Source of the DNA: Octopus vulgaris
Taxonomy: Eukaryota
Reading direction: 5' to 3'
Assembly (NCBI GenBank): GCA_951406725.2
Contig: OX597819.1
Coordinates: 88,536,001-88,600,000, forward strand
Length of the DNA stretch: 64,000 nucleotides
Below the pieces are notes generated by a model that saw only the letters and a list, made by a program, of their open reading frames with translations, was not told the origin of the DNA and did not search any database. Shown one piece after another: positions 13,989-25,712 of the stretch. Each line of letters opens with the position of its first letter. Position 1 is the stretch's first letter. The translations under genes were made by a program, and so were the position numbers.

Positions 13989-14659
13989 ATGTTTCAATAC
14001 ACGAACTCATATAAAGAATCTTGCAAACCAAATCCCAAAACGAAATAGTTACATTAATTTTCATATACTTAATGCAAGAAGCGTTATAAAGGCTATAGTG
14101 TTTGTTTATGTGCTTACATCTATATGAATTGCAATGGTGGTAATTAATTCATATTGGATTCAACTTCAACATCAAATATACCAAAACGTCAGTTTACGTG
14201 AGTCAACGAGGGAGAGTGCTCAATGCCAGGAACTGGAGAACCTTTTAAGAAAACAGGCAGTTATTGCAATGGCTTGTGGAGCTGCGGGGATGCTTCTGTG
14301 CTGGGGAAAATTAAGGAATCTTTTATTTTACGAATTCATAGATTTCCTTGATCAGAGCCAATTTGATGTTAATTAACAACATCAAAAACAGAGATGTTCA
14401 ACCGGATTCTAGCAATTAGAAAAATATACATATTTTTTAAAAATTTAATGAGAATAGGGTATTATCTGTCTTTACGTTCTTGGTTCAAATCCCCAACAAA
14501 GCTAGTTTTACTTTTCTCTATCTGGCATCGATTTAATCAGCAATATGTTCACGCTCCACGCTTTTGGTCATGTGCCAGTATTGAAAAGTGATATTTTCTA
14601 CAGAACAATTGTTTCCCGAGGGTCAATTTATATCCCACCACTCACTGATATATTCAAAC

Positions 14660-14967
14660 TAGTGCTCTCGGTTTGCTTGTTATAGTCACAACGTTTCGTT
14701 GGTTACATACTCTGGTTACATCTTTGGATAGCACCACCGCTGGAGCCGATGTAAGAGGAAAAGACCCCGTCTCGCCTGCGGCATCTCCGCATGGACAATT
14801 TTTTTAAAAAACAAACTGACCGTTACGTATTTCTTCCTCCAGTTGTAGAGAGGTTATACGCCTTCGGCAGTTTGAGTCTGACGAATCACTGATGCGGCTA
14901 AGCACCTTATAGATGCAAAACTAATGGGATTCACATTCTAACCGGCTATAACAATTGACTTCCTAAC

Positions 14968-14968
<1 letters not shown>
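14660..14968 (+). mobile_element. Decayed non-coding element ending in (TA)n with a degenerate hammerhead motif at about 14873-14933
   Basis: GAGTCTGACGAATCACTGATGCGGCTAAGCACCTTATAG is homologous to 33748-33787. Confidence 0.5.
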
Positions 14969-15061
<93 letters not shown>

Positions 15062-15091
15062 GTGTGTGTGTGTATGTACGTATGTATGCAG

Positions 15092-15268
15092 GGAGAGTTT
15101 ACGAAAAAAACAAAAGAAGAAGACAGGTGGTGTACAAAACAAACAGATGTATTAGTAAAATGTTCAGGAATAGAAAAAGTATTTTACGTTTCGAGCCTAC
15201 GCTCTTCTACAGAAAGGGACACAGAAAAAACAAGGAGAGAAAAAAATGTGTGTAGTGGCTAACGATCT
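15092..15268 (-). mobile_element. Second copy of the 1542-1721 repeat
   Basis: Minus strand AGATCGTTAGCCACTA...CTGTAGAAGAGCGTAGGCTCGAAACGTAAAATACTTT. Confidence 0.7.
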
Positions 15269-15334
15269 ATCATGGCGACTGTATGTATGTATGTATATAT
15301 GTGTGTGTGTGTGTATGTATGTGTGAGTGTGTAT

Positions 15335-15515
15335 ACATGTGGTTTTGAGCTCTACTATGCAGCTCCTTGGGCAAATGTCTTCTACTATAGCCCTGGGCCG
15401 ACCAATGCCTTGTGAGTAAAAATCCGTAGTATGTGCATTATCTATGTATGCATATGCACACACGCACATACATACACATACATACGAGCGCACACATGCA
15501 CATATACATACATAG

Positions 15516-15574
<59 letters not shown>

Positions 15575-15815
15575 GTGTGAGCATGTGCATACATAAATTC
15601 ATAATACGCATACTACGAATTTTCACTCCCATCCTACCGCTTGACCACCGATATTAGTTTGTTTCCATTCCCACAACATACCAGTCTAGCAAAAGAGACC
15701 GTTAAGATAAGTATCAAGCATTAAATTAAGTACGGGGTTCGATTCCTTTAACTAAAACTTTTCAAAGTGCTGTCCCAGCATGGCCGCAGTGCAATAACTG
15801 AAACAAATAGAAGAT
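15335..15815 (+). mobile_element. Diverged SINE family B copy with expanded internal microsatellite
   Basis: CCTTGGGCAAATGTCTTCTACTATAGCC at 15365; CAGCATGGCCGCAGT...CTGAAACAA at about 15776. Confidence 0.7.
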
Positions 15816-15896
15816 TTTTAAAAAGAAGTTGAAAAATATATCAGTATGTATGTATATACATATATTGTGTGTATGTGTACGTGTGTGTATGTGTAC

Positions 15897-15927
<31 letters not shown>

Positions 15928-17349
15928 TGTGTGTTTGTGTGTGTGTGTGTGTTAGTGTGTGCACATCACACACATATGTATATACTCACAAATCCATGCC
16001 AGCACACACACGCACATGCACCCCACTCTCACACACTCACATACTAATATTGGTCCAATTATCATAGTAATGTGATATAAATAAAACTGTAATACAAATC
16101 ATAAGAATAAAATAAATACTAACAGCGAATTTGTATACATAAAGAAAATTTATGAATAAAGTTTCAGAATCGTTTACAAATAGTCACAAAGCAGATTTGA
16201 TTGATGCTAATCTGAAGATATTCTATAGCATTTGATGTAAAGTAAGCTGACTGTAGACATTTTTTTTTTTACCGAGAAGAACCAAAGGCAAGTTTGTTTG
16301 TTTATTTATTTCTGTTTCTTTGTTTCTTTGTTTGTGTATGTGATTATTATATCCGGTAATTTTTAAAAATGTGAGCTAAGACAAATAACTGAGTGGCGAA
16401 TGACATGTGTTTGAACAACATAGGCAAATATAGGTATATCAGATAAACGTACGACATTAAAATTCTTGATTCATTAAAAATTATCTCCGTCTCTAGAGGA
16501 TGTATCATAATTACCAAATGAGAATTAAGGCCATTTCCACATGAGGAGGGGAGATAATCGCAAGATTCAAGAATTTGACAGGTCATTAAGGAAAAGAGAC
16601 AGGCCTATTGGCTGGAGATAAGAGTACAGTCGAGAATAATTATCTGACAATTATCTCCAGAAGCCAAGGGACTTATTAAAAAAAAAGAATCGAGCATATT
16701 TATGGTCAAGGTAATTAGCATAATTTGAACAAAAATTATCCAAGAGTGGCCAGTGGTATGAGCCAATTGTACATTTTAAGAAAAACGTTGATGTATCTTT
16801 AGTTTTTGTAAAATAAAATATGAACCATTGTCGAGTTTAATGGATCCTGTTTGAAGGGATTTTACTGTTCAGTACAAGGTATCATGCATTTTTATTCTTG
16901 TTATGCTACATTTTTCAGATTTGTCTGTTGTGTTGTAGAAACAGCAAGCTGTTTTTAACTCCCTTCCGCCTCCCTTTAATGCAATGAAGAAAAGATGTTT
17001 CACCATACGGTCCAGTCCACATATTGCACTATGGCTACTTTATTTTAGAAGCAATTCAACCGTGTGTGGTGAAACAGAAGAAAAAAATTTTAATAAAAAT
17101 AAAAACAATTTTTAAAAAAACCTTTATGTGGCATGTATTTTGAGCATAAACCTTACCTGTATGACGAGCGGTTGAGATGAGCGATAACGTAGAGGAAAAA
17201 TAAATAAAATAAAATGAAATAAAATAGAAAGTAAAAGAGAAAGAGAAAACCTTTGCTAATGTATTCCACAATCATTGACAACACTTGGAGGAAAGTCATA
17301 CCGAAGATGCAAATTGTATAATTTATGAAAACTGCATGTGAATGGGTTT

Positions 17350-17412
<63 letters not shown>

Positions 17413-17429
17413 CAATAAATTATGTATGT

Positions 17430-17660
17430 GTACGTCGCTGGTTGCTGGCATGGGGATTTTTGCATCTCACATGCGATGGACGCCTCTATGGCGAACTGGC
17501 ATTTGTAGCTGCAGTGACGTGGATGTTGTAAACTTCGATAAAGACTTCCTGATCGCTATCTCCCTGCCCTAAAGCATTCCAGCTAATATTTCATCTTAAA
17601 ATATGACGACAACAAAAGAAGGCCGAAGATGGAATCTGACAAGATGTCTTGCTTGAAGCT
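17430..17660 (+). pseudogene. Highly decayed RTE LINE C-terminal fragment
   Basis: Translates with frameshifts as DGRLYGELA...RGCCKLR*, like the RTE consensus LLYGEL..G.R.RGRPKLRYKD. Confidence 0.45.
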
Positions 17661-18102
17661 AATAAGATAATAACGAATATTCTTGGGTTCGATCAAATTC
17701 TCTTTAGAGCAAATAGAAAGCTACGAATGTATATGTCGAGTGAAACAAGGAGAGTGATGTAGCCAGGGGAGAAAATGAGACACACGTCGGGGGGTTACAA
17801 AATGGAATACAAGACAGCGGCTTCGAAGTTGAATGCGACGATCGGGTTATCATAATGAATAATGAATATAGAAGAAAATCAATATGACAATATTAGTAGG
17901 GTAAAGGACCAGCACTACCGATTATCGATTAACTGGAGCAGGTACTGCAAGTATTTTAAAAACAAAACGTATGTTTCTCATGTTACTTCGCTACACGCAA
18001 ACTCATACATTGTTTTATATTAATGTAAACTCATACATGTGTATGTATGTATATGCATATGTGTGTGTCTGTGAGTGTGAATATAAATATATATACATGT
18101 GT

Positions 18103-18262
18103 GTGGCGTGGCTGTGTGATAAGAAGCTCGCTTCCTAATCATATGGTTCCGGGCTCAGTCCCACTGAGTGGCACTTTGGGTAAGTGTCTTCTACTATAGC
18201 TTCAGGCTGACCAAAGACTTGTGAGTGGATTTGGGAAACGGAAACTAAAAAGAAGCCGTTCC
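18103..18262 (+). mobile_element. SINE family B, 5' half
   Basis: GTGGCTGTGTGATAAGAAGC...GTCTTCTACTATAGC...GAAGCCGT. Confidence 0.8.
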
Positions 18263-18302
18263 TATTCGTGTGTGTGTATGTGTGTGTGTGTGTGTATGTA
18301 TT

Positions 18303-18334
<32 letters not shown>

Positions 18335-18499
18335 CATACATACATACATACATACATACATACATACACACCCACATACACACATCTATACACACATACA
18401 TACACACATACATACATACATACATACATACAACACACACACACACGCACGCATACATTACATATAGACATACATTCAGATTCTCTCTGACACACCATC

Positions 18500-18830
18500 A
18501 GCACTGTTGTTCCTCATAATTCGCTGAAGTCCCGGACCTTCACTCCATTAACAATCTGCCCGCTGTCATCTAACATTGCTGTCTCCTAAGCAGATGACAC
18601 CACTCGTCATTCATCTCTAACCACAGGCATCATTCACGCACCAGCGAAGCACTTCACACCCAAACTTTACCGCCTCCACAGAGACCTCCCAAACACCACC
18701 GAATGAAAAAAACATAACAACTTAGTCTCTAAACAAAGCAGAGCCCAACTCTCCTAGCCATACAGAAGCGAATGTCTCTTGTACCTCTCTAGAAGCAAAT
18801 ATTCTGTGCCTCTCTCTAGTCTTTGACCAC
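18500..18830 (+). pseudogene. Decayed CR1/L2-group LINE reverse transcriptase fragment
   Basis: SINNLP then *ADDTT (FINDLP...YADDTT motifs) at about 18545-18605; continues at 19480-19600. Confidence 0.6.
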
Positions 18831-18888
18831 ACGATATAAATATTTTAAAAGTAGTACCTTTAATTTACGGATTATTCTGTAAAATGCA

Positions 18889-19051
18889 GGCGTAGGAGTG
18901 GCTGTGTGGTAAGTAGCTTGCTTACCAACCACATGGTTCCTTGTTCAGTCCCACTGTGTGGCACCTTGGGCAAGTTTCTTCTATTATAGCCTCGGGCCGA
19001 CCAAAGCCTTGTGAGTGGATTTGGTAGACGAAGGCTGAAAGAAGCCCGTCG

Positions 19052-19096
<45 letters not shown>

Positions 19097-19290
19097 AACA
19101 TCGCTTGACAACCGATGCTGGTTTGTTTACGTCCCCGTAACTTAGCGGTTCGGCAAAAGTGACCGACAGAATAAGTACTAGGCTTACAACGAATAAGTCC
19201 TGGGGTCGGTTTGCTCGACTAAAGGCGGTGCTCCAGCATGGCCACAGTCAAATAACTGAAACAAGCAAAAGAGTAAAGAGTAAGAGAGAC
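18889..19290 (+). mobile_element. SINE family B, near full length with internal (TA)(TG) microsatellite
   Basis: tRNA-like head, CORE-like CCTTGGGCAAG segment, 3' end CAGCATGGCCACAGTC...CTGAAACAAG plus AAAGAGT tail. Confidence 0.9.
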
Positions 19291-19479
19291 TTATTTTTTC
19301 ATAATGTTTTGAATTAACCGTGCATTATCTCATAGCTTTGAGATTTCAAGGATGTGGTTCTTTATTTTTAGAACGGCAATGTAGGGTAGGTGTGGGAGGC
19401 TAGATATGGCCAGTTTGAAAGCAGGTAGAATATTTGGGCCGGATGTGGTCAGTTAAAATGCTATAGGGTCAAATGTGTT

Positions 19480-19700
19480 AAACCTGACAATCTTTGGTGA
19501 CCAAACATATCTAACATAGCTAAAACTACACCCTAAAGACTAACCTCTTCTTTGGGACTAGAAAACAGTTCAGCTTTATTCAGCTGTTAACACTTCAGAG
19601 ACAACCAGTGCGGCTTTGATCTCTCCTAGATGAGTTCAACCTGTCTTCCCTTAAACCGAGATACCACTACCGCCACCTATTTCCAACATCAGTAAGATAA
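19480..19700 (+). pseudogene. Decayed CR1-group LINE fragment downstream of RT
   Basis: ISNIAKT...FGTRKQFS..QLLTL; homologous to 36770-36900 (-). Confidence 0.5.
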
Positions 19701-20092
19701 TCTCTAACGATGTTGACTGTTACACGTACGAACATGCTAGGCTACATCTATATGAAGATCACTCGTCGCGTTGGCAAAAATCACAATCACCAACTCAAGC
19801 CATAGACCATCTGTAACAACGATAGGAGCCAACGGGGAAGCCACTATGTGGTCATTCGAAATGTTAGAAATAGCAGTTGAACTATTTAAAACAAACTTCA
19901 TTTTAAAGGATAAAAGATCACATAAGACAATGTAGACCTGTATGCCAGGTGAGCACGCATACACACATACACATGCACACAAAAGATAGTATAGAGACAA
20001 CGATAGCTTTGATTATTGGTCTCCTGAATCGAGACTGACCACTAACAAAGCAACAACAACTACAACAACAACAACAACAATAATAATAATAA

Positions 20093-20774
20093 TCCTTTCT
20101 TATTTTAGCACAAGGCCCGCAATTTTGGAAGGTGGGGAAGTCGAATAGATCGACCTCAGTTTTCAACTGGAACTTATTTTAGATTGACCTCAGTACGCAA
20201 TTGGTACTTAATTTATCGACCCCGAAAGGATGAAAGGCAAAGTCGACTTCGGTAGAATTCGAACTCAGAACGTAGCAGCAGACGAAATACCTATTTCTTT
20301 ACTACCCACAAGGGGCTAACTACAGAGAGGACAAACAAGGACAGAGAAACGGATTAAGTCGATTATATCGATCCCAGTGCGTAACTGGTACTTAATTTAT
20401 CGACCCCGAAAGGATGAAAGGCAAAGTCGACCGAGGTGGAATTTGAACTCAGAACATAGCGGCAGACAAAATACCGCTAAACATTTCGCCCAGCGTGCTA
20501 ACGTTTCTGCCAGCTCACCTCCTTCTTTTATTCTTGTCTTTTCTACTCTAGGCACAAGGCCCGAATTTTTTTTTTGGGGTGGGGAGGCGATTAGATCGAC
20601 CTCAGTACGCAACTGAGTACGATCCCAGTGCGTAACTGGTACTTAATTTATCAACCCCAAAAGGATGAAAGTAAAGTCGACCTCGGCGGATTTTGAACTC
20701 AGAGCATAAAGGCAGACGAAATACTGCTAAGCATTTCGCCCGGCGTGCTAACGTTTCTGCCAGCACGCCGCCTT
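20093..20774 (-). mobile_element. SINE family A cluster (3-4 partial or tandem units)
   Basis: ATCGACCCCGAAAGGATGAAAGGCAAAGTCGAC occurs three times; heads end at about 20523 and 20774. Confidence 0.9.
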
Positions 20775-21334
20775 ACATTTTATATCACCCCATCACTAAT
20801 AAAGATATTCCGATTCAATAACACATAATAAATATCAACGAATAACAACGTACTGATATTTTATATCCTCTCTCTCTCTCTCTCTCTCACTCTAACTCTC
20901 CATTTCTCTCTTTCTCTCTCTCTATCCGTCTCTCTCTCCCACTCTCTCTCTATCCGTCTCTCTCTCTCTCCCTCACTCTCTCTCTCTCTCTCTCTCTCTC
21001 CCTCTCTCTCTCTCTCTCACTCTCTCTCTCTCTCTCTCTCTCTCCCTCTCTCTCTCTCTTTCTTTGGATCTTGTTGAATTTCTTCCAACCATTTGAAGTC
21101 TTTAAATTTACATTATATTATTTTCAGAAAATGTATTTCTCGTGCAGTTTTGCATGCTGAAGACGAAAATCGCATTCATGTTTTTTTTTTTTGCTTATTT
21201 TTTCATTAGAAATTTATAATAAAGAAGTTATAAGCATTAAAAGTTATGAAATATAAGTCAATCTTACAAGCGTTGTGGTGGTGGTGGTGGTGGTGGTGGT
21301 GGTGGTGGTGATGGTGGTCGTCGTCGTTCTCTCT

Positions 21335-21643
21335 TATTTCTTTACTACCCACAAGGGGCTACACACAGAGGGGGCAAACAAGGACAGACAAACGGATCAA
21401 GTCGATTATATCGACCCCAGTGCGTAACTGGTACTTATTTAATCGATTCCGAAAGCAAGGCAGTCGGCGGAATCAAGTCGATTATATCGACCCCAGTGCG
21501 TAACTGGTACTTATTTAATCGATTCCGAAAGGACGAAAGGCAAAGTTGACCTCGGCGGAATTTGAACTCATAACGTAACGGCAGACGAAATACGGCTACG
21601 CATTTCGCCCGGCGTGCTAACGTTTCTGCCAGCTCGCCGCCTT
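21335..21643 (-). mobile_element. SINE family A, full length with an internal duplication
   Basis: Head GGCGGCGAGCTGGCAGAAACGTTAGC; TCAAGTCGATTATATCGACCCCAG duplicated. Confidence 0.9.
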
Positions 21644-21764
21644 TCACTTTCTGTATACATACCAGAGAGAAAATAAAGGTCAGAGCGAGGTAATGGGCGA
21701 GAAGGAAGAAGAAAAGGAGACGAAGAACCAGAGAAACCTTTGCCACTAGTAAGTAGTAGTAGTA

Positions 21765-21822
<58 letters not shown>

Positions 21823-22313
21823 CAGCAGCAGCTGCAGCAAAAACATGAATTATAAGCAAGTGAATAGATTTTCCCATGATACAAAGAAAATTTTCCATTC
21901 GCGAGAAATTTTTAAATTGAAGGTAAACATTAGATCTGGCCCGAAGCCTCGCAGCGATTAGCGTAACACGAAGACTCAGTCGTTCTCCCTTACCAGATGG
22001 AAATATGGGGAGAGGAGAGAAGCAGAGGAGGGGAAGGACGAGGAGGAGGGGGAGGAGGAGGGGGAGGAGGAGCTTTTGCCAGAATTCGAAGTGCCAACAA
22101 AATGTCAGTCAGTCGTTGAGACTGCTGACCCCTTCCTTGCAGACTTCTGTAATCGCATAACTTTCACCATCATTCATTTCATTTCATAGTCTCTTATAAA
22201 CATTACTGGCATAAAAAGAAAAGAGCTCGTGTGTGTGTTTGCGTGCGTGTGTGTGTATGTGTGTGTATGTGTGTGTATGTGTGTGTATGTGTGTGTATGT
22301 GTGTATGTGTGTA

Positions 22314-22352
<39 letters not shown>

Positions 22353-22353
<1 letters not shown>

Positions 22354-22748
22354 ATCAATATAGGGTGGCAAAAAATTTCGTAGAATTCTTTTGCCACCAG
22401 CGGCCTAGTGGGAAAAAATTAAATAGTCATAGACCATTTATAAGTTCAACATCACAATCAAGGAACGGCCATAATAGGCCATTCACCCACTAGAAATAAC
22501 AGCCAAAGCTTCAAACCGCAAAACAACATTAATTCCGCAAACCAGGAGAAAATTAAAAAAACATTTACCCTGTAATTTCTTATACGATGCACCGTTTCAT
22601 CTATTGTTTAATGGTAAACTAACCTGATTAAATTAAATCAAGCCAATCTTCCATAGGCCGATAGATTCGTCAGTAAGAAACAGCCAGATCGGAGCAGATA
22701 TTTTCACGAGGCACTTCAATCCCTGCCTCGGCAATATCTGACCTAAAA
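22353..22748 (-). mobile_element. HHR-bearing non-coding element (Penelope pLTR-like) inserted in (TA)n
   Basis: About 395 bp between two (TA)n tracts; canonical HHR inside; terminal hairpin 22364-22398. Confidence 0.7.
22576..22680 (-). ncRNA. Canonical type I hammerhead ribozyme
   Basis: Minus strand TTTCTTA-CTGACGA-ATCTAT...ATAGAT-GAAAC-GGTGCATC-GTA-TAAGAAA: 7-bp stem I, 6-bp plus extended stem II, near-palindromic stem III, GUA cleavage triplet. Confidence 0.88.
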
Positions 22749-22801
22749 TATATATATATATATACACATACATACATATATATATACATATATATACATA
22801 C

Positions 22802-22838
<37 letters not shown>

Positions 22839-22841
22839 TTA

Positions 22842-23137
22842 TTTTATGTAGAAAAATACAAACTGGGACAAGAACGTAAAACATTTAGAAGACGATACAA
22901 AAAACACGGACGGGACATTCGAAGCCTTCAATCTTCAGTCAAGAACCGGATCATCGTAGCAATTTCGGCTGATTAATCTTGAGATCGCTCCGATCCGGCC
23001 AGCCCCAAGGAAAAACTAATCTACGAGCATTAGATTTCTTGGAAGAAGGATCGAATGTGTACGAAACAGGGACAGAAAAACGGACGATGCCACACGAATA
23101 TAAAATACAAAAAACAATAATGGTAAAAACAGGACAA

Positions 23138-23138
<1 letters not shown>
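22842..23138 (-). mobile_element. Non-coding element between (TA)n tracts with HHR half-motifs
   Basis: Minus strand GGCTG...CAGCC-GAAA followed by CTGAAGA; architecture like 30770-31075. Confidence 0.45.
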
Positions 23139-23179
<41 letters not shown>

Positions 23180-23240
23180 ATGTATATGTATGTATGAATG
23201 TATGTATGTATGTATGTATGTATATATGTATGTATATATA

Positions 23241-23525
23241 GTGAAGGCGCATGGTCAGTGGTTAGGGCGTCGGGCTCTCAATCTTGAGGTAGTGAGTTCG
23301 ATTCCCAGACTAGGCAGTGTTATTGAGCAACACACTTTACTTCACGTTGCCACGATAACTAGCTGTATCGGCCTTTCATTTGGATAACATCAGTGGCGTG
23401 GAGAGAGGACTCTGCTGTTCATGGACGACTGCTAGTCCTCCATAATCCACCTTGCTCGAACTTATGCTTCGAAGGGTTATTTTCTAGGTGCAATCCCATG
23501 GTCGTTCATGACTGAAGGTCTTTTT
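23241..23525 (+). mobile_element. SINE family D, near full length
   Basis: GTGAAGGCGCATGGTCAGTGGTTAGGGCG...GAGTTCGATTCC (A/B boxes); 3' part matches 1178-1378. Confidence 0.8.
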
Positions 23526-23533
23526 TACTTTTA

Positions 23534-23972
23534 TCTATATATATAAAATTCTGTCTGTATGTGTTTCCTCTATGCACGGCCAAACTGCTCGATCAATTTG
23601 TACCAAATTTGGCATGAAGGTTTTTCACTACTCGGGAAAGGTTCTAGGGATGTCAAATTTTGGACCTTGCCCATATAGAGGGCTGTAGTTCCTTCTATAC
23701 AACCCTCCCGATTTTTTTCAGCGGTAATACCAAATTTGGCACAAAGGATTTTCATTACTCGGGGGAAGTTGTAGGGGGATTAAATTTTGTCCCTTACCCA
23801 TATAGGGAGCTAAATCCTACCCCCACTATACGACCCTTTCCAATTTATTCTTTGCAGCATGATAATAGTTTCACTTTTCATAAGCAGCATTGTTTTACTT
23901 TTCATAAGCAGCATTGTTTCACTTTTCATAACACTATAGTTTCACTTTTCCTCTATCTATATATATAAAATC

Positions 23973-24043
<71 letters not shown>

Positions 24044-24298
24044 CGTGTGTGTATGTGCGTTTCCTCTATGCACAGCCAAACCGCTGGATCAATCTGTACC
24101 AAATTTCGCATGCAGGTTTTTCATTACTCGGGGAAGGTTCTGGGAGTAGGGGTCAAATGTTGGCCCTTATTTATATAGGGGTGATGTACCCCCAGACGAC
24201 CCTTCCGATTTTTTTTTTCAGCAGTATAATATTTTCAGTTTTCATAACGCTATAGTTTCACTTTCATTGTTTCCCTTTTAATCTTACTGTCTGTCTGT

Positions 24299-24374
<76 letters not shown>

Positions 24375-24422
24375 CCTCTATGCACGCCCAAACCGTTGGA
24401 TCAATCTGTACTAAATTTGACT
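23534..24422 (+). mobile_element. Tandem array of three partial Helitron-like non-autonomous elements
   Basis: 5' TCTATATATATAAAA at 23534 and about 23956; TTTCCTCTATGCAC.GCCAAAC repeated at about 23563, 24060 and 24372; no 3' CTAG end found. Confidence 0.55.
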
Positions 24423-24809
24423 GTCTGGAAATTACGTCGGTTTTTTTTCGCTTTAAAGATAAACGATTCTGAAACGCTTTTTAATTGTGATAATGAAACA
24501 AGAGGTTTAAAGAAAAAGAAACAGTAAGGTTTCTAAATAACGAAAGCTCTTCATACGGACACATGCTTATACACTGTAGGATATCTTTCAGTTTATACGA
24601 TAAACTTTATAAATTTTAAAGTTCAATATTCCCGTGACATAAGTTAGACATATTGACATGAGTTATTCAAATAATTGTTCGTGGAATGGACCTAATAAAA
24701 TTAACTAGAGTACACTCAATATTTCATATTTAAATCCGATATGACTATTTCTACATGGATATCGGTTCCAGCATGGCCGCAGTCAAATGACTGAAACAAA
24801 AGAAAGAAA

Positions 24810-24859
<50 letters not shown>

Positions 24860-25060
24860 AAAGAAATACTCGTAAATAAATGGCAATAAAACAACTGTAG
24901 AATGTAAAGAATATTTTATGTAAAGTAAAAAGAATGTCAAGATCATTTATAATATAAATTATTATTATAATCGTTTTCTGAATCACTTTCACTCGCACTG
25001 GACTCGCGATTCACCAGCACTCGTAGACGGACTTATAAATTTCTTTTTAAAACAAGTCTA

Positions 25061-25521
25061 GGATCTTTTCGGTTTGAACGGCAGTTTTTTCTAGCGGTGT
25101 CATATGAAATTGCCACACATAATTATGACCCTAGTATCGATCTATTGCATTTCAATCTATTTTAGGGTTAGGGTTAGGGTTAGGGTTAGGGTTAGGGTTA
25201 GTCAGGGTTAGTTAGGGTTAGGGGTGGGGGAAGGGTATCTTTTTTTTCTTCACAAATGTAAATAAACTTAATCTGTTTCTTAAACGAGGGACATATTCAT
25301 ACGGCACAGAATGTTTTTTACCTCAAATACGTCAGTGATTGGTTGAAATTGCAGAAATTGAAGAAAAAAAAACAACAAATATCTTACAAACCATAGAATT
25401 TTCTCAATAAAGCCAAGAGAAAAAGATGTTTTATAAACACATTCTACCAGTATACGAAGTTTAAAATTTTTTAGTTACCTAGAAATTATGTTAAAAACTG
25501 CCGTTCAAACCGAAAAGATCC
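25061..25521. mobile_element. MITE with 8-bp TSD and internal (TTAGGG)n, Merlin-like
   Basis: TIR GGATCTTTTCGGTTTGAACGGCAGTTTTT at both ends; TSD CAAGTCTA (25053-25060, 25522-25529). Confidence 0.9.
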
Positions 25522-25631
25522 CAAGTCTAGAGTTGTTTGCCTAGAAGAAGCTTTCTTTCGCTCTCTACAAATTTTATGCCGTCATTTTACTCCGCTGCTA
25601 TATGCAGCTGTGTAGGCACTTCAGAACCAGT

Positions 25632-25712
25632 GTTGCCACATGTTGCAAAGTTGCCACATGTTACAAAGTTGCCACATGTTGCAAAGTTGCCACATGTTGC
25701 AAAGTTGCCACA
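25632..25712. repeat. 18-bp minisatellite (TGTTGCAAAGTTGCCACA) x about 4.5
   Basis: Directly visible. Confidence 0.9.

Noticed and set aside
25162-25222. Chromosome end or telomere fusion
   Set aside because: Short array enclosed in a TIR/TSD-bounded MITE.
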